Of a DNA stretch of 53,420 bases, positions 1 through 7,647 are shown piece by piece. The translations under genes and the position numbers were made by a program. Origin of the DNA: Coriobacteriia bacterium. Its GTDB lineage: Bacteria > Actinomycetota > Coriobacteriia > Anaerosomatales > PALSA-660. Where the stretch lies: positions 1-53,420 of the forward strand of contig DATCGP010000003.1 of assembly GCA_036508875.1 (NCBI GenBank). The letters run 5' to 3'. The notes under the pieces are model-generated. The model ran no database searches, had not been told where the DNA came from, and saw only the letters and a program-made list of their open reading frames with translations. Within the stretch, counting starts at the first letter, position 1; each line of letters begins with the position of its first letter.

Positions 1-139
1 CCAGTGCGCTCGGCCCTGTCTTGACGGCCGCACCCGATGTACTCGATGTCTGGCCACATCCGGCGAGCAGAACCCCCGTCAACACGACCGCAACCAACAT
101 GAGCGATCCTGCGAGCCGATCTTGCCATTGTCTGTCCAT
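1..139 (-). CDS. Putative lipoprotein, partial (runs off left edge)
   Basis: Manual translation MDRQWQDRLAGSLMLVAVVLTGVLLAG-CGQTSSTSG...; hydrophobic signal with lipobox LAGC; GGAGAGGGG RBS upstream. Confidence 0.6.
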   Translation of the reverse strand, partial: MDRQWQDRLAGSLMLVAVVLTGVLLAGCGQTSSTSGAAVKTGPSAL

Positions 140-271
140 GCGTGCCCCTCTCCATGTCTAAAGGGGCCTTCGCCCAAGAGTGTTGAGCCGAGCATACGCG
201 CACCCGACCGGTAGTACATCCTCTGGCGGAAGTATGCGTCCGTCTATGGCCACGTCCCGTCAAGTGTATGG

Positions 272-318
272 AGGCCCCGGCTCTGCTGAGCCGGGGCCTT
301 CGTCAGATGCTGGTGGGC
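272..318 (-). repeat. Duplicate of tRNA-Val 3' end plus terminator hairpin (att-like)
   Basis: aggccccggctctgctgagccggggccttcgtcagatgctggtgggc closely matches 1388-1435 aggccccgactctgaatgagccggggccttcgtcatgtgctggtgggc. Confidence 0.75.
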
Positions 319-400
319 CATCGTATACGAACTTGTAACCTAGCGTCCGGCCGCGCAGGGTGCGAACCGGAGCGCCACCCCGCTGGAAGCGTTCGTTCGG

Positions 401-1273
401 CTATGCGCCCGACGCTCGCTTGTCCGCCACTGCCTTGCGCGCAATCACGAGCATTCCGGAGGGGTAGTTCAGCGCGTGAACCAGGGGAAGCGCCGCCGTG
501 AGCCCATACCTCATCGCCAGTTCGACCCACTTGAAGCCGAATCGGCGGACCCTCACCTCGTCGAACCCCGCGCGTCGCAGCAACTGGGCGATGTTCCGGT
601 CGTCGAAATACGAAAGGTGCGCTGGGGGATCCAAGTAGTACCAGTCGAGTCCCGTCCTCTTCGCCGTGATCGACCTCGCGTTGCCGGTCGACAGCAGGAG
701 GTGCCCACCGGGGGCAAGCAGATCGCATATCGCTGTGACGAACGACACAGGGTCCGCGACGTGCTCGATGACCTCGATTGCGATCGCCAAGTCGAAGGTG
801 CTCTCGCTTCGGAAGTCCTCAACGCGTCCGTTGAAGGTGGGGATGCCAGCTGCGTTGAGGCGCTCCGAGGCAAGCGCGGAGATCTCGACACACTGAAGCA
901 GTCGAGGTGAGCCGGCCGCAAACCGCTTGATCCAGCCCCCGCCCAAGCCGGGACCAATCTCAAGAATCGCCTGCGGATCGAGTGGATCAAGGTACTTGGC
1001 AATCACCCACTCATGGACGGGTGCCAGCGGCTGAGCTATCAGATCCGTCTCCGCGGCTTGGGCGGAACCGTATCCGTACGCCAGCTTGCCCTCGAAGTAG
1101 TCCCGCTCGTAGAAGTCAGCCAGCTGCTCGTCAGCCACGCCACTGGCAGCGATGAAGCCGCATGCGGGACATCTGAGGAGGCAGTAGGAGTTCACAGTTC
1201 CGTGCTCAACAAGCCCATCCTGCCCGCAGACTGCGCATATCCGTGCCGCGATCGCCACCTGCTCGCTCCTCAT
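401..1273 (-). CDS. Class I SAM-dependent methyltransferase with N-terminal Zn ribbon (Methyltransf_23-like)
   Basis: CAVC...CPAC motif, ILEIGPGLG motif I, FDLAIAIEVIEHV, PPAHLSYF; ORF-track start 1423 lies in the tRNA terminator so ATG 1273 is preferred. Confidence 0.8.
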   Translation of the reverse strand: MRSEQVAIAARICAVCGQDGLVEHGTVNSYCLLRCPACGFIAASGVADEQLADFYERDYFEGKLAYGYGSAQAAETDLIAQPLAPVHEWVIAKYLDPLDPQAILEIGPGLGGGWIKRFAAGSPRLLQCVEISALASERLNAAGIPTFNGRVEDFRSESTFDLAIAIEVIEHVADPVSFVTAICDLLAPGGHLLLSTGNARSITAKRTGLDWYYLDPPAHLSYFDDRNIAQLLRRAGFDEVRVRRFGFKWVELAMRYGLTAALPLVHALNYPSGMLVIARKAVADKRASGA

Positions 1274-1386
1274 CGTTCGCCCCATCCGCACCCGTGCAGA
1301 GTCCCACTGCGGTGCGTCTCGCGATGGATGAATCGTCGCACCTAGCGCGCAATCCCTATCCATGGACAGCCGATTCAACATAGCAG

Positions 1387-1417
1387 AAGGCCCCGACTCT
1401 GAATGAGCCGGGGCCTT
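1387..1417 (-). terminator. Hairpin downstream of tRNA-Val
   Basis: aaggccccg(a)ctc-tgaat-gagccggggcctt inverted repeat. Confidence 0.7.
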
Positions 1418-1427
1418 CGTCATGTGC

Positions 1428-1502
1428 TGGTGGGCGATGTAGGATTTGAACCTACGACTTCTTCCGTGTGAAGGAAGCGCTCTCCCCCTGAGCTAATCGC
1501 CC
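1428..1502 (-). tRNA. tRNA-Val(CAC)
   Basis: GGGCGATTAGCTCAGGGGGAGAGCGCTTCCTT-CAC-ACGGAAGAAGTCGTAGGTTCAAATCCTACATCGCCCACCA folds into a cloverleaf with encoded CCA. Confidence 0.97.
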
Positions 1503-1597
1503 GATTGTTCGCTCGCGCCTCGAAGGGGCCGAGAGCGCAAGCGGTATTGTTCCACATCGCCCGTCCGCGGTGAAGCCCTGCGCCGGGAGCGCTGCGG

Positions 1598-2749
1598 CTA
1601 CTTGCCCTCCAGGTAGGACATGACACCACCGGCGATCCCGTCGGCGATCCTCTGCTGGTAGGCCACCGTGGCGATCAGACGGTCCTCCGCAGCGTTGGAC
1701 AGGTAGCCGCACTCGACTATGACCGACGGCCGCTTCGAGTAGTTGAAACCGGCCATGAGGCTGCTGCCGTCGATCCCCTGCGACGACGCTGCAGTCGCGG
1801 CCACCACGGCCGCCTGAATCGCCTCAGCGGCCTTCTTGCTCGCAGCGGAAATCGGCGTGACCCACGGATTGCCGTCGGGGTACAGCGTCAGTATCCCGTG
1901 GACCGCGTCGTCGGTGCTCCCGTTGAGATGGACCCGTACCACGAGATCGGCCTTCGCATCGTTGCCTATCGCCGCGCGCTTCGAGTTCGGGATGTCCACG
2001 TTGTTCGTCGTGCGCACCATGACAACCTTGACGCCCCGTGCGACAAGGGCGTCTCGCAGCTTCAGCGAGATCGCCAGGGTCTGCTTGTACTCGGGGATCC
2101 GCGTGGCCACGCCGGTCGCGCCGCCGGCTACCTTCGGCTTGCGTTCGGTCGATCCGGGCCCGATCGGCTCCAGCGCGAGGTTGGCCTTCTGCTGGTGCCC
2201 GGCGTCGATCACGACCACGTACTGCACGACGACAGGAGCAGACTGCGCCTGGTAGGTGACCACGACTTGCGCGCCTGGGCTCACGAGAGCATTGGGCAAC
2301 GGCCACTGCGAGATCACCAGACCCGGCTCGATCCCTGCAACAGCAGGGTCGGCCACTCGCGTCTGCACGGTGAGGCCTGCCGCACCGAGCAACGCCTCAG
2401 CCACCTGGATCGACTTACCGGTCAAGACGGGGACCTCGATGTCCGCCGCGCTCGCCGTACCATCCAGGGAGCCTGTCGCAGTAAGGCTCGCGCTGCCGTC
2501 TTGCGAGGAGATCGAATTGGCCGGGAGGGGTCCGGAGACCTCTCCACCGATCCTTGGTGCCGCGCGTCCCAAGCCCAGGGAGCCCGCGGCCCAAACCACA
2601 AGGCCGCCCGCAACGATCAGCAGCGCGACGATGACCAGCGCCGTGCGCATGTTGGTGCGCAAGCGACGGCGCGCGAACCGCTGCGCCCTCGACCTGGTGC
2701 CATCGGTGGCGGAGCCCGCCGACCTTCGCCTCGCTGCGCTCGTGACCAT
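1598..2749 (-). CDS. Membrane-anchored N-acetylmuramoyl-L-alanine amidase (Amidase_3) with PASTA domain
   Basis: N-terminal TM; PASTA-like VPVLTGKSIQVAEALL...VISQWP; VVIDAGH, E, VRVHLNG and VIVECGYLSN catalytic motifs; start uncertain (2749 or 2650). Confidence 0.85.
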   Translation of the reverse strand: MVTSAARRRSAGSATDGTRSRAQRFARRRLRTNMRTALVIVALLIVAGGLVVWAAGSLGLGRAAPRIGGEVSGPLPANSISSQDGSASLTATGSLDGTASAADIEVPVLTGKSIQVAEALLGAAGLTVQTRVADPAVAGIEPGLVISQWPLPNALVSPGAQVVVTYQAQSAPVVVQYVVVIDAGHQQKANLALEPIGPGSTERKPKVAGGATGVATRIPEYKQTLAISLKLRDALVARGVKVVMVRTTNNVDIPNSKRAAIGNDAKADLVVRVHLNGSTDDAVHGILTLYPDGNPWVTPISAASKKAAEAIQAAVVAATAASSQGIDGSSLMAGFNYSKRPSVIVECGYLSNAAEDRLIATVAYQQRIADGIAGGVMSYLEGK

Positions 2750-2766
2750 GCTCCCCGATGAGATGT

Positions 2767-2814
2767 TGGTGGGCCCGGCAGGATTCGAACCTGCAACCAA
2801 GGGATTATGAGTCC
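2767..2814 (-). repeat. att duplicate: 3' 48 nt of tRNA-Ile2 (left boundary of element)
   Basis: tggtgggcccggcaggattcgaacctgcaaccaagggattatgagtcc is identical to 13277-13324. Confidence 0.97.
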
Positions 2815-2933
2815 GAAAAGGCCCGTATCGGACAGTCTAGACGAGTCCCGTCCGGACACATATTCGGGCAGGTCAGAGGTGGTGTGTGGGGTCTGTTCGG
2901 CTCCGTGGAGTTCCGTCCCGTTTCGACACGCGC

Positions 2934-2962
2934 GGCGGATACATGGCGGATTTATGGCGGAT
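2934..2962 (+). repeat. Integrase arm-type repeats, left (3 x GGCGGAT, 11-bp period)
   Basis: GGCGGAT-ACAT-GGCGGAT-TTAT-GGCGGAT; same unit at 13198-13219. Confidence 0.75.
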
Positions 2963-3064
2963 GCACAGAGGGCGACGGATGCCAGATACTCCCCGTACCG
3001 CCCAGCAGTAATCACCCGGCACCGCCGGCATGCTCCACTCGGGGAGCCCGCGAGCAACCGGTTC

Positions 3065-4393
3065 TTAGCTGATTTCTCGTTGCTCGTCGGGCCAGTAACC
3101 TACGCTCTGCAGATACTCGGTCGACTCCACCTGCTCCGCAAACTCGAGAAGGTTGCCCATTCTGGAGAGCAGCGCCTCCCGCACCTCACTCGCGCTTGCG
3201 AAGAAGAACTCCTTGCGAGCATTGGCATGGTTGAGCCGGCGCGCGGCGAAGTGCTGGTGCAGGTCGGTCTCAAGTGTTACCGCATCTTCAGAGAAGAAGA
3301 GAGCGTGCACATCGAAGCGGAAGGGAACGGACGCACCGCCTAGTTCGTTGACTCGGTCGAGTGGCTTCAGACGGCGGGTTAGACCGATCTTCATGACGTT
3401 GGGCCCAAAGGCGCCTCGATTTGAGATGACATAGACGTAGCCAGCTCTGATATTGGCTGCCCGGAAGTCGTTCTGGGCAATCGCGCCATCGATCTCAGCG
3501 AGCTTCTGCTCCAATTCGGGGTCAGATGATCCGGCGCTGTGCAGCGACTCCAAGGCATTGAGTATGTGAGTGCGTTCCTTGGTGAGCCTGGATCGCTCCT
3601 CCTCGAGCTCGGCTGCAACCTTTGCCTCTTCACGGAGACGCGCCCGCTCCTCGATAGCTGCTTCACGCTCTTCTTGCTTCCTCATCAAGTAGTCAGCGGT
3701 GAGCTCCAGTTCTTCAAGACGCAGTTCGTGGTACGGATCGCTGATGTGCATCTGCATCATGCTGCCGAGCCGCATGATGGCGGTGCGCGACGCCTCAATC
3801 CTCCGCTTCGCAGTCACAACGTTGCCAGCGCGCAAGGAGCGCAGACTGTTGTCCACCTCTGCGTTGTAGGCCCGCAGCATCAACTTCGCCAAGTCGTTCA
3901 CCATCCGCTGGCCCTTTGCCAGCGAATTGTCAAAGGTGAACGTCTTGGACGTCTCGATCGCCCCGTTGGACTTCACAAGGTCCGCGATGCGCGTGTCTAG
4001 CTCAGCCAAACGGTCTCTATACGCGGCTGCATCCTCCAGCGGGTGGTGATACCTGTAGATCCCGACTTCCTGAAGGACGAGTTCATCATCAAGCACCACG
4101 ATCTCAGGCCCGGACCTCAGCGCATCCAGTTCAGCTCGCAGAGCCGCATTCTCCGCCTCCAGCTGAGCCACCCTTCCATCGGGAGCTGCGGAGGGCGGGG
4201 CAGACGTGCTGGTCGCTGCGGGGACAGATCGCGGCGTTTCCTCGGGGTTCAAGTCGTTCGGTAGCCAGAGCTGCCATCCCTCAGGCGGGTTCGGCCACGA
4301 CGGATCAGGCGACCAGCCTTTGGGTGGCACCCACCCATCGGGAGGTTTCGGCCATCCAGGCGGCGGATTGAAGACGGTTCCGTCGGCGGTCAT
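3065..4393 (-). CDS. DUF4041 + T5orf172/GIY-YIG nuclease (SNIPE/PD-lambda-1-like), no N-terminal TM
   Basis: KLMLRAYNAEVDN...LRLEELELTADY (DUF4041); GYVYVISNRGAFG...KIGLTRR...DRVNELGGASVPFRFDVHA...LE...RKEFF (GIY-YIG); ATG 4393 overlaps upstream stop (ATGA). Confidence 0.85.
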   Translation of the reverse strand: MTADGTVFNPPPGWPKPPDGWVPPKGWSPDPSWPNPPEGWQLWLPNDLNPEETPRSVPAATSTSAPPSAAPDGRVAQLEAENAALRAELDALRSGPEIVVLDDELVLQEVGIYRYHHPLEDAAAYRDRLAELDTRIADLVKSNGAIETSKTFTFDNSLAKGQRMVNDLAKLMLRAYNAEVDNSLRSLRAGNVVTAKRRIEASRTAIMRLGSMMQMHISDPYHELRLEELELTADYLMRKQEEREAAIEERARLREEAKVAAELEEERSRLTKERTHILNALESLHSAGSSDPELEQKLAEIDGAIAQNDFRAANIRAGYVYVISNRGAFGPNVMKIGLTRRLKPLDRVNELGGASVPFRFDVHALFFSEDAVTLETDLHQHFAARRLNHANARKEFFFASASEVREALLSRMGNLLEFAEQVESTEYLQSVGYWPDEQREIS

Positions 4394-5652
4394 GAGTGTC
4401 GGATTCCAGAAGCGTTTGCGGGGATGAGGTCGTAGGGGCTCTTGGATACCGATGCGCCAAGGCGCCCCAGCGCCGCCGCAGGGACCACGTTGGAAAGGTC
4501 CAACTCGGCGAACGAGTCCCGCTCGACACCCGCCGCAACGAATGGAATATAGACCTCCCGGCCAGTTGCCGGATCGATGGTTTCCGTTCCGACCTCCAAC
4601 GAGATCGTCTTGATGAGCCCCCGAGTATCGGCCCCGAACACCTCGTGAAGGGACCGCAGCGCCACTTGGTGGACAGCGCCGACGTATCGATCCTTGCACG
4701 CCTTCTGGGAGAGCGAGGACGCGACGATCTCGTCAGCAGATTTCGCGTACTTGTATGCGCTCGTAGTGAGCACTTTGTCAGGGCCGGGCATCAGCACTCG
4801 CAACCGGAGTTCCGCGGTTGCCCCGTCGAACGCGACATGGCGTTCGGCAGGAAAGCACGGCGGGTACGGCGACTTGGAAAAGACAATCGACACGTACTCT
4901 TCGACCGCATCAGCGGTTCCATAGCCGAGATTCGCAATGAGCTTCTCTAAGGCATCGTTGTGTTCGGCCACCTGCTCCTCCCTGGCCGCGCATTCCGCGG
5001 CGTACCGAGCACGCTCTATCTCGAGTACTTGGACACGCTTGGCCTCGGATTCGGCATACTGCCCGGCGGCGGCCTGACGCGCCGATTCGTTATGAGCCAG
5101 CCCCGACCTCCACTCCGCTACTGCCTCCTCATGAGCGGCGACGGCTGTGGCAACCGCCCTTTCATGGCCCTTCTTGCCGAACGCCGCCAAGATCCCCTTG
5201 GGCGGAGCAGGCGGGGCAAAGACAGGCTCGGGCGCGTCAACGACTGGGACCGGCATAGGGATCGGCGTCTCGAGATCGGTTCGGTCAAACGGAGGATGCG
5301 TAGCGACCGCACGCATGTCTGCCAAGTTGACAACCACGTCGGCGCTCAGGACGGCGGCCAGCAGCGAGTCAACAGCCTCGTACATCTGCAGCAGCTCGGA
5401 GTTTTGCCTCTCAGCCTCAGCCGCCATCGCGGCGCTATGTGCTTCCTGAGCCTCTTTAGCAAGACGCTTCTGTTCAGCAACATTGGCGCGAGAGAGTTGC
5501 GTTGCCGAGCGTTCCTGCGCCCTTCTTGCTTGCTCAGCCGCGCGGATGGCAGCATTGTTCGCTTGCTCCGCCTGCCGTGCTCGTCGCGCTTGCTCTCTTG
5601 CTGCAGCCTCCGCTTGGCGCTGGAGCTCAGCGAAGAAACCGCCCTTCGCCAT
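4390..5652 (-). CDS. Coiled-coil protein resembling the N-terminal/central part of actinobacterial Mrr-associated proteins, lacking the nuclease domain
   Basis: Ala/Glu/Gln/Arg helical N-terminus; AVEEYVSIVFSKSPYP, HQVALRSLHEVF, IDPATG, LGASVSKSPYDL; GAGGGGAG RBS. Confidence 0.6.
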   Translation of the reverse strand: MAKGGFFAELQRQAEAAAREQARRARQAEQANNAAIRAAEQARRAQERSATQLSRANVAEQKRLAKEAQEAHSAAMAAEAERQNSELLQMYEAVDSLLAAVLSADVVVNLADMRAVATHPPFDRTDLETPIPMPVPVVDAPEPVFAPPAPPKGILAAFGKKGHERAVATAVAAHEEAVAEWRSGLAHNESARQAAAGQYAESEAKRVQVLEIERARYAAECAAREEQVAEHNDALEKLIANLGYGTADAVEEYVSIVFSKSPYPPCFPAERHVAFDGATAELRLRVLMPGPDKVLTTSAYKYAKSADEIVASSLSQKACKDRYVGAVHQVALRSLHEVFGADTRGLIKTISLEVGTETIDPATGREVYIPFVAAGVERDSFAELDLSNVVPAAALGRLGASVSKSPYDLIPANASGIRHS

Positions 5653-5691
5653 CAGTCACTCCCCTCGTGTTTGAGCGGCTCCTAGCCGCTA

Positions 5692-5744
5692 CCCCGAGCG
5701 GGCCCCCTGCCCGAATACGCGCAGCCTAGCACTCGCCCGCCGCC
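5692..5744 (-). promoter_or_regulatory. Repeated cargo promoter module, copy 1
   Basis: Minus strand GTGC-TAGGCT-GCGCGTATTCGGG; shared with 6151-6200, 7445-7495 and 8791-8835. Confidence 0.7.
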
Positions 5745-5788
5745 TCTTCGCTACGCCCGCAGTTCGGTCACGCTGTTTGGCTCTTGCC

Positions 5789-6109
5789 CTACGGGGCGAT
5801 CGGCGGAGCAGGAACTGCCGGGGGCCTTGGCGCTGAACTCGGCCGCAAGGCGGCCGACAGCGAGGCTGTCTGCACAATCAGAAGACCTCCGAGCAGCACT
5901 CCCAAGGCCAGCAGAAGCTGGAAGATGCCCTCCAGCCACCCGTTGGTCTCCCAGCCGTTCACAACGGCCTGCTGAGGCGCACCCGTGGCGTTCGGGTTGT
6001 TGAGCGCGAAGTCCGCTTGCGTCTTGGTTGCGACGTTCTCCGCCTGCACGATGTATCCAACCCCGACAAGCAACAGGGCGACGGCAAGAGCTACAGCGAC
6101 CCACTTCAT
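5789..6109 (-). CDS. Small two-TM membrane protein with Pro-rich tail
   Basis: MKWVAVALAVALLLVGVGYIV and IFQLLLALGVLLGGLLIV hydrophobic segments; GAGGGGG RBS. Confidence 0.7.
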   Translation of the reverse strand: MKWVAVALAVALLLVGVGYIVQAENVATKTQADFALNNPNATGAPQQAVVNGWETNGWLEGIFQLLLALGVLLGGLLIVQTASLSAALRPSSAPRPPAVPAPPIAP

Positions 6110-6150
6110 CTGAGTCCCCCTCGCATTCAAGCGGCAGACAGCCGCCAGTT

Positions 6151-6234
6151 CCCCGCGGGTCCCCGCCCGCATACGCGCAGCCTAGCACTGCCCTCCGACA
6201 TGGAATGGCCCCGCGTGGGAGAACCGTGGGGCCG
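6151..6234 (-). promoter_or_regulatory. Repeated cargo module, copy 2: hairpin plus TGTCGG-N10-TAGGCT promoter
   Basis: ccgaca 6195-6200, agccta 6179-6184; hairpin ggccccgcg...cgtggggcc 6207-6233. Confidence 0.75.
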
Positions 6235-6289
6235 TGACTCCATCTTCGCGCGGACGCCTATCCGGATCCCGACCGAAATCCGACCGCGC

Positions 6290-6712
6290 CTACTTCTGCG
6301 GCGGCAGGGTCTCCAGTGCGAGTTCAAGTTCCTTGGATATCGCGGGCTCGCCCTCTGCCAGTGTAGCGGCATTGTCTCCAAGGACTTGGCGCATCGTCCT
6401 GTCGCCCTTGTTCGAGGTGTAGACGGCGTCAGGCTTCTTCCGAGCAATCGCTATCACCGAGTCCTTCGTGGTGAGGAACACCGTGATTGTGTCCTGATCC
6501 ACAGTGGTCCCCCTGAGGTCAGCCAAGGCTACCGTGGCGGCGTTGTATTCGAAGGAGGCCACAGTGAGGTGTTCCATCTTGTCCAGTTGGGGTGCGACGG
6601 CAGGTGTCGATACCGTCGTCTCTTGCTGCGTTTGAGTGTTCCCCGCCGGAGGTCCACAGGACGTGAGCGCCAGCGCGACCAGCAGTACGGCAGCGACCGT
6701 GAGCTTCTTCAA
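6290..6712 (-). CDS. Lipoprotein of unknown function
   Basis: MKKLTVAAVLLVALALTS-C lipobox; TTG start with AGGGAG RBS. Confidence 0.75.
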   Translation of the reverse strand: MKKLTVAAVLLVALALTSCGPPAGNTQTQQETTVSTPAVAPQLDKMEHLTVASFEYNAATVALADLRGTTVDQDTITVFLTTKDSVIAIARKKPDAVYTSNKGDRTMRQVLGDNAATLAEGEPAISKELELALETLPPQK

Positions 6713-6751
6713 CGTGATCTCTCCCTGCCCAACTTCCGGCGCGTCGCCCGT

Positions 6752-7429
6752 CTACTTCGCGCTCCCGTTACGGGAGATGGAATCAATCTGGAACTGCGGC
6801 ACGGTCGTTCTGCCGCCAGCCTGCGTGTCGTACGAATACGAACCCAGCACCGTCACCTTGGCCGTGAACAAGTCACCCACGACGTACTTCTTGAGTTGAC
6901 TGTCCGTACCGTTGAGAAACGCGGGCTGCGGATAGAACACGTACCCATACGACTTCCTGAGCTTCTTCGGACCCACGGCGGCGAGGAACATCTCGGTGCC
7001 GGTCGCGGCGTCGAACTGTGTGATCTGTCCGTAGATGTAGTACTTCTTGCCCACGTATGAATCGGGGTCCTTCGCCAGCAGTTTGAAGCCGCGAGTCGAG
7101 AGGTGCTCGTAGACCTTGGGCGTGGCCGCCTGCGCAGCGGCGAGCCTCGCGGTGAGGATCGCCTGCACTTCATCCCTCTGCTCGGAGGGCAGCGCATTGA
7201 GCGCCGTCGCCATCGCGCTCGTAGACGTGCCTTCAATCGAGTCAACGAACCCCTGCGCGTCAAATGCCAGTGCTGCGGTGGCCGGGTTGGCACCGCTCGC
7301 ATCAGTGCTGGGTGCCGCGGTTGCGGCGGTCGTCGACTGCGACGTCGACGGAGCAGTGCACCCCGAGGTGACGAAGAGACACGCTGCGATAAAGGCCAAC
7401 ACGACCAGATTGAGCAGACCGCGCTTCAT
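6752..7429 (-). CDS. Lipoprotein with C-terminal OB-fold-like domain
   Basis: MKRGLLNLVVLAFIAACLFVTSG-C; S/T/A linker; KDPDSYVGKKYYIYGQITQF...GDLFTAKVTVLGSYSYDTQAGG..TVP; AGGGGAG RBS. Confidence 0.75.
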   Translation of the reverse strand: MKRGLLNLVVLAFIAACLFVTSGCTAPSTSQSTTAATAAPSTDASGANPATAALAFDAQGFVDSIEGTSTSAMATALNALPSEQRDEVQAILTARLAAAQAATPKVYEHLSTRGFKLLAKDPDSYVGKKYYIYGQITQFDAATGTEMFLAAVGPKKLRKSYGYVFYPQPAFLNGTDSQLKKYVVGDLFTAKVTVLGSYSYDTQAGGRTTVPQFQIDSISRNGSAK

Positions 7430-7444
7430 CAGGACTCCCCTGTT

Positions 7445-7533
7445 CCCCCGCGAGCCCCTACCCACATACGCGCAGACTACCACTCGGCACCGACATGGAG
7501 CGGCCCCGCATGGTGTAGAGGAGTGCAGGGCCG
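7445..7533 (-). promoter_or_regulatory. Repeated cargo module, copy 3: hairpin plus TGTCGG-N10-TAGTCT promoter
   Basis: ccgaca 7490-7495, agacta 7474-7479; hairpin cggccccgca...tgcagggccg 7501-7533. Confidence 0.75.
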
Positions 7534-7647
7534 GATCCATCGCAGCGAGGTGGTCTCTTACCGATTCCCGATCGAACCCCTGCCGGGAGCCATCGAGATG
7601 AGAACCACTGCCCGTATTGCGCGCGTCCATCAGCGCACCATGCCTAC

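Noticed and set aside
192..202. GCATACGCGCA upstream of the left-edge lipoprotein resembling the cargo module
   Set aside because: Only about 11 bp match and the TAGGCT -10 is missing; could be chance
2767..2814. Second tRNA gene
   Set aside because: Only the 3' 48 nt are present, with no D-arm or 5' acceptor strand; it is the att duplicate
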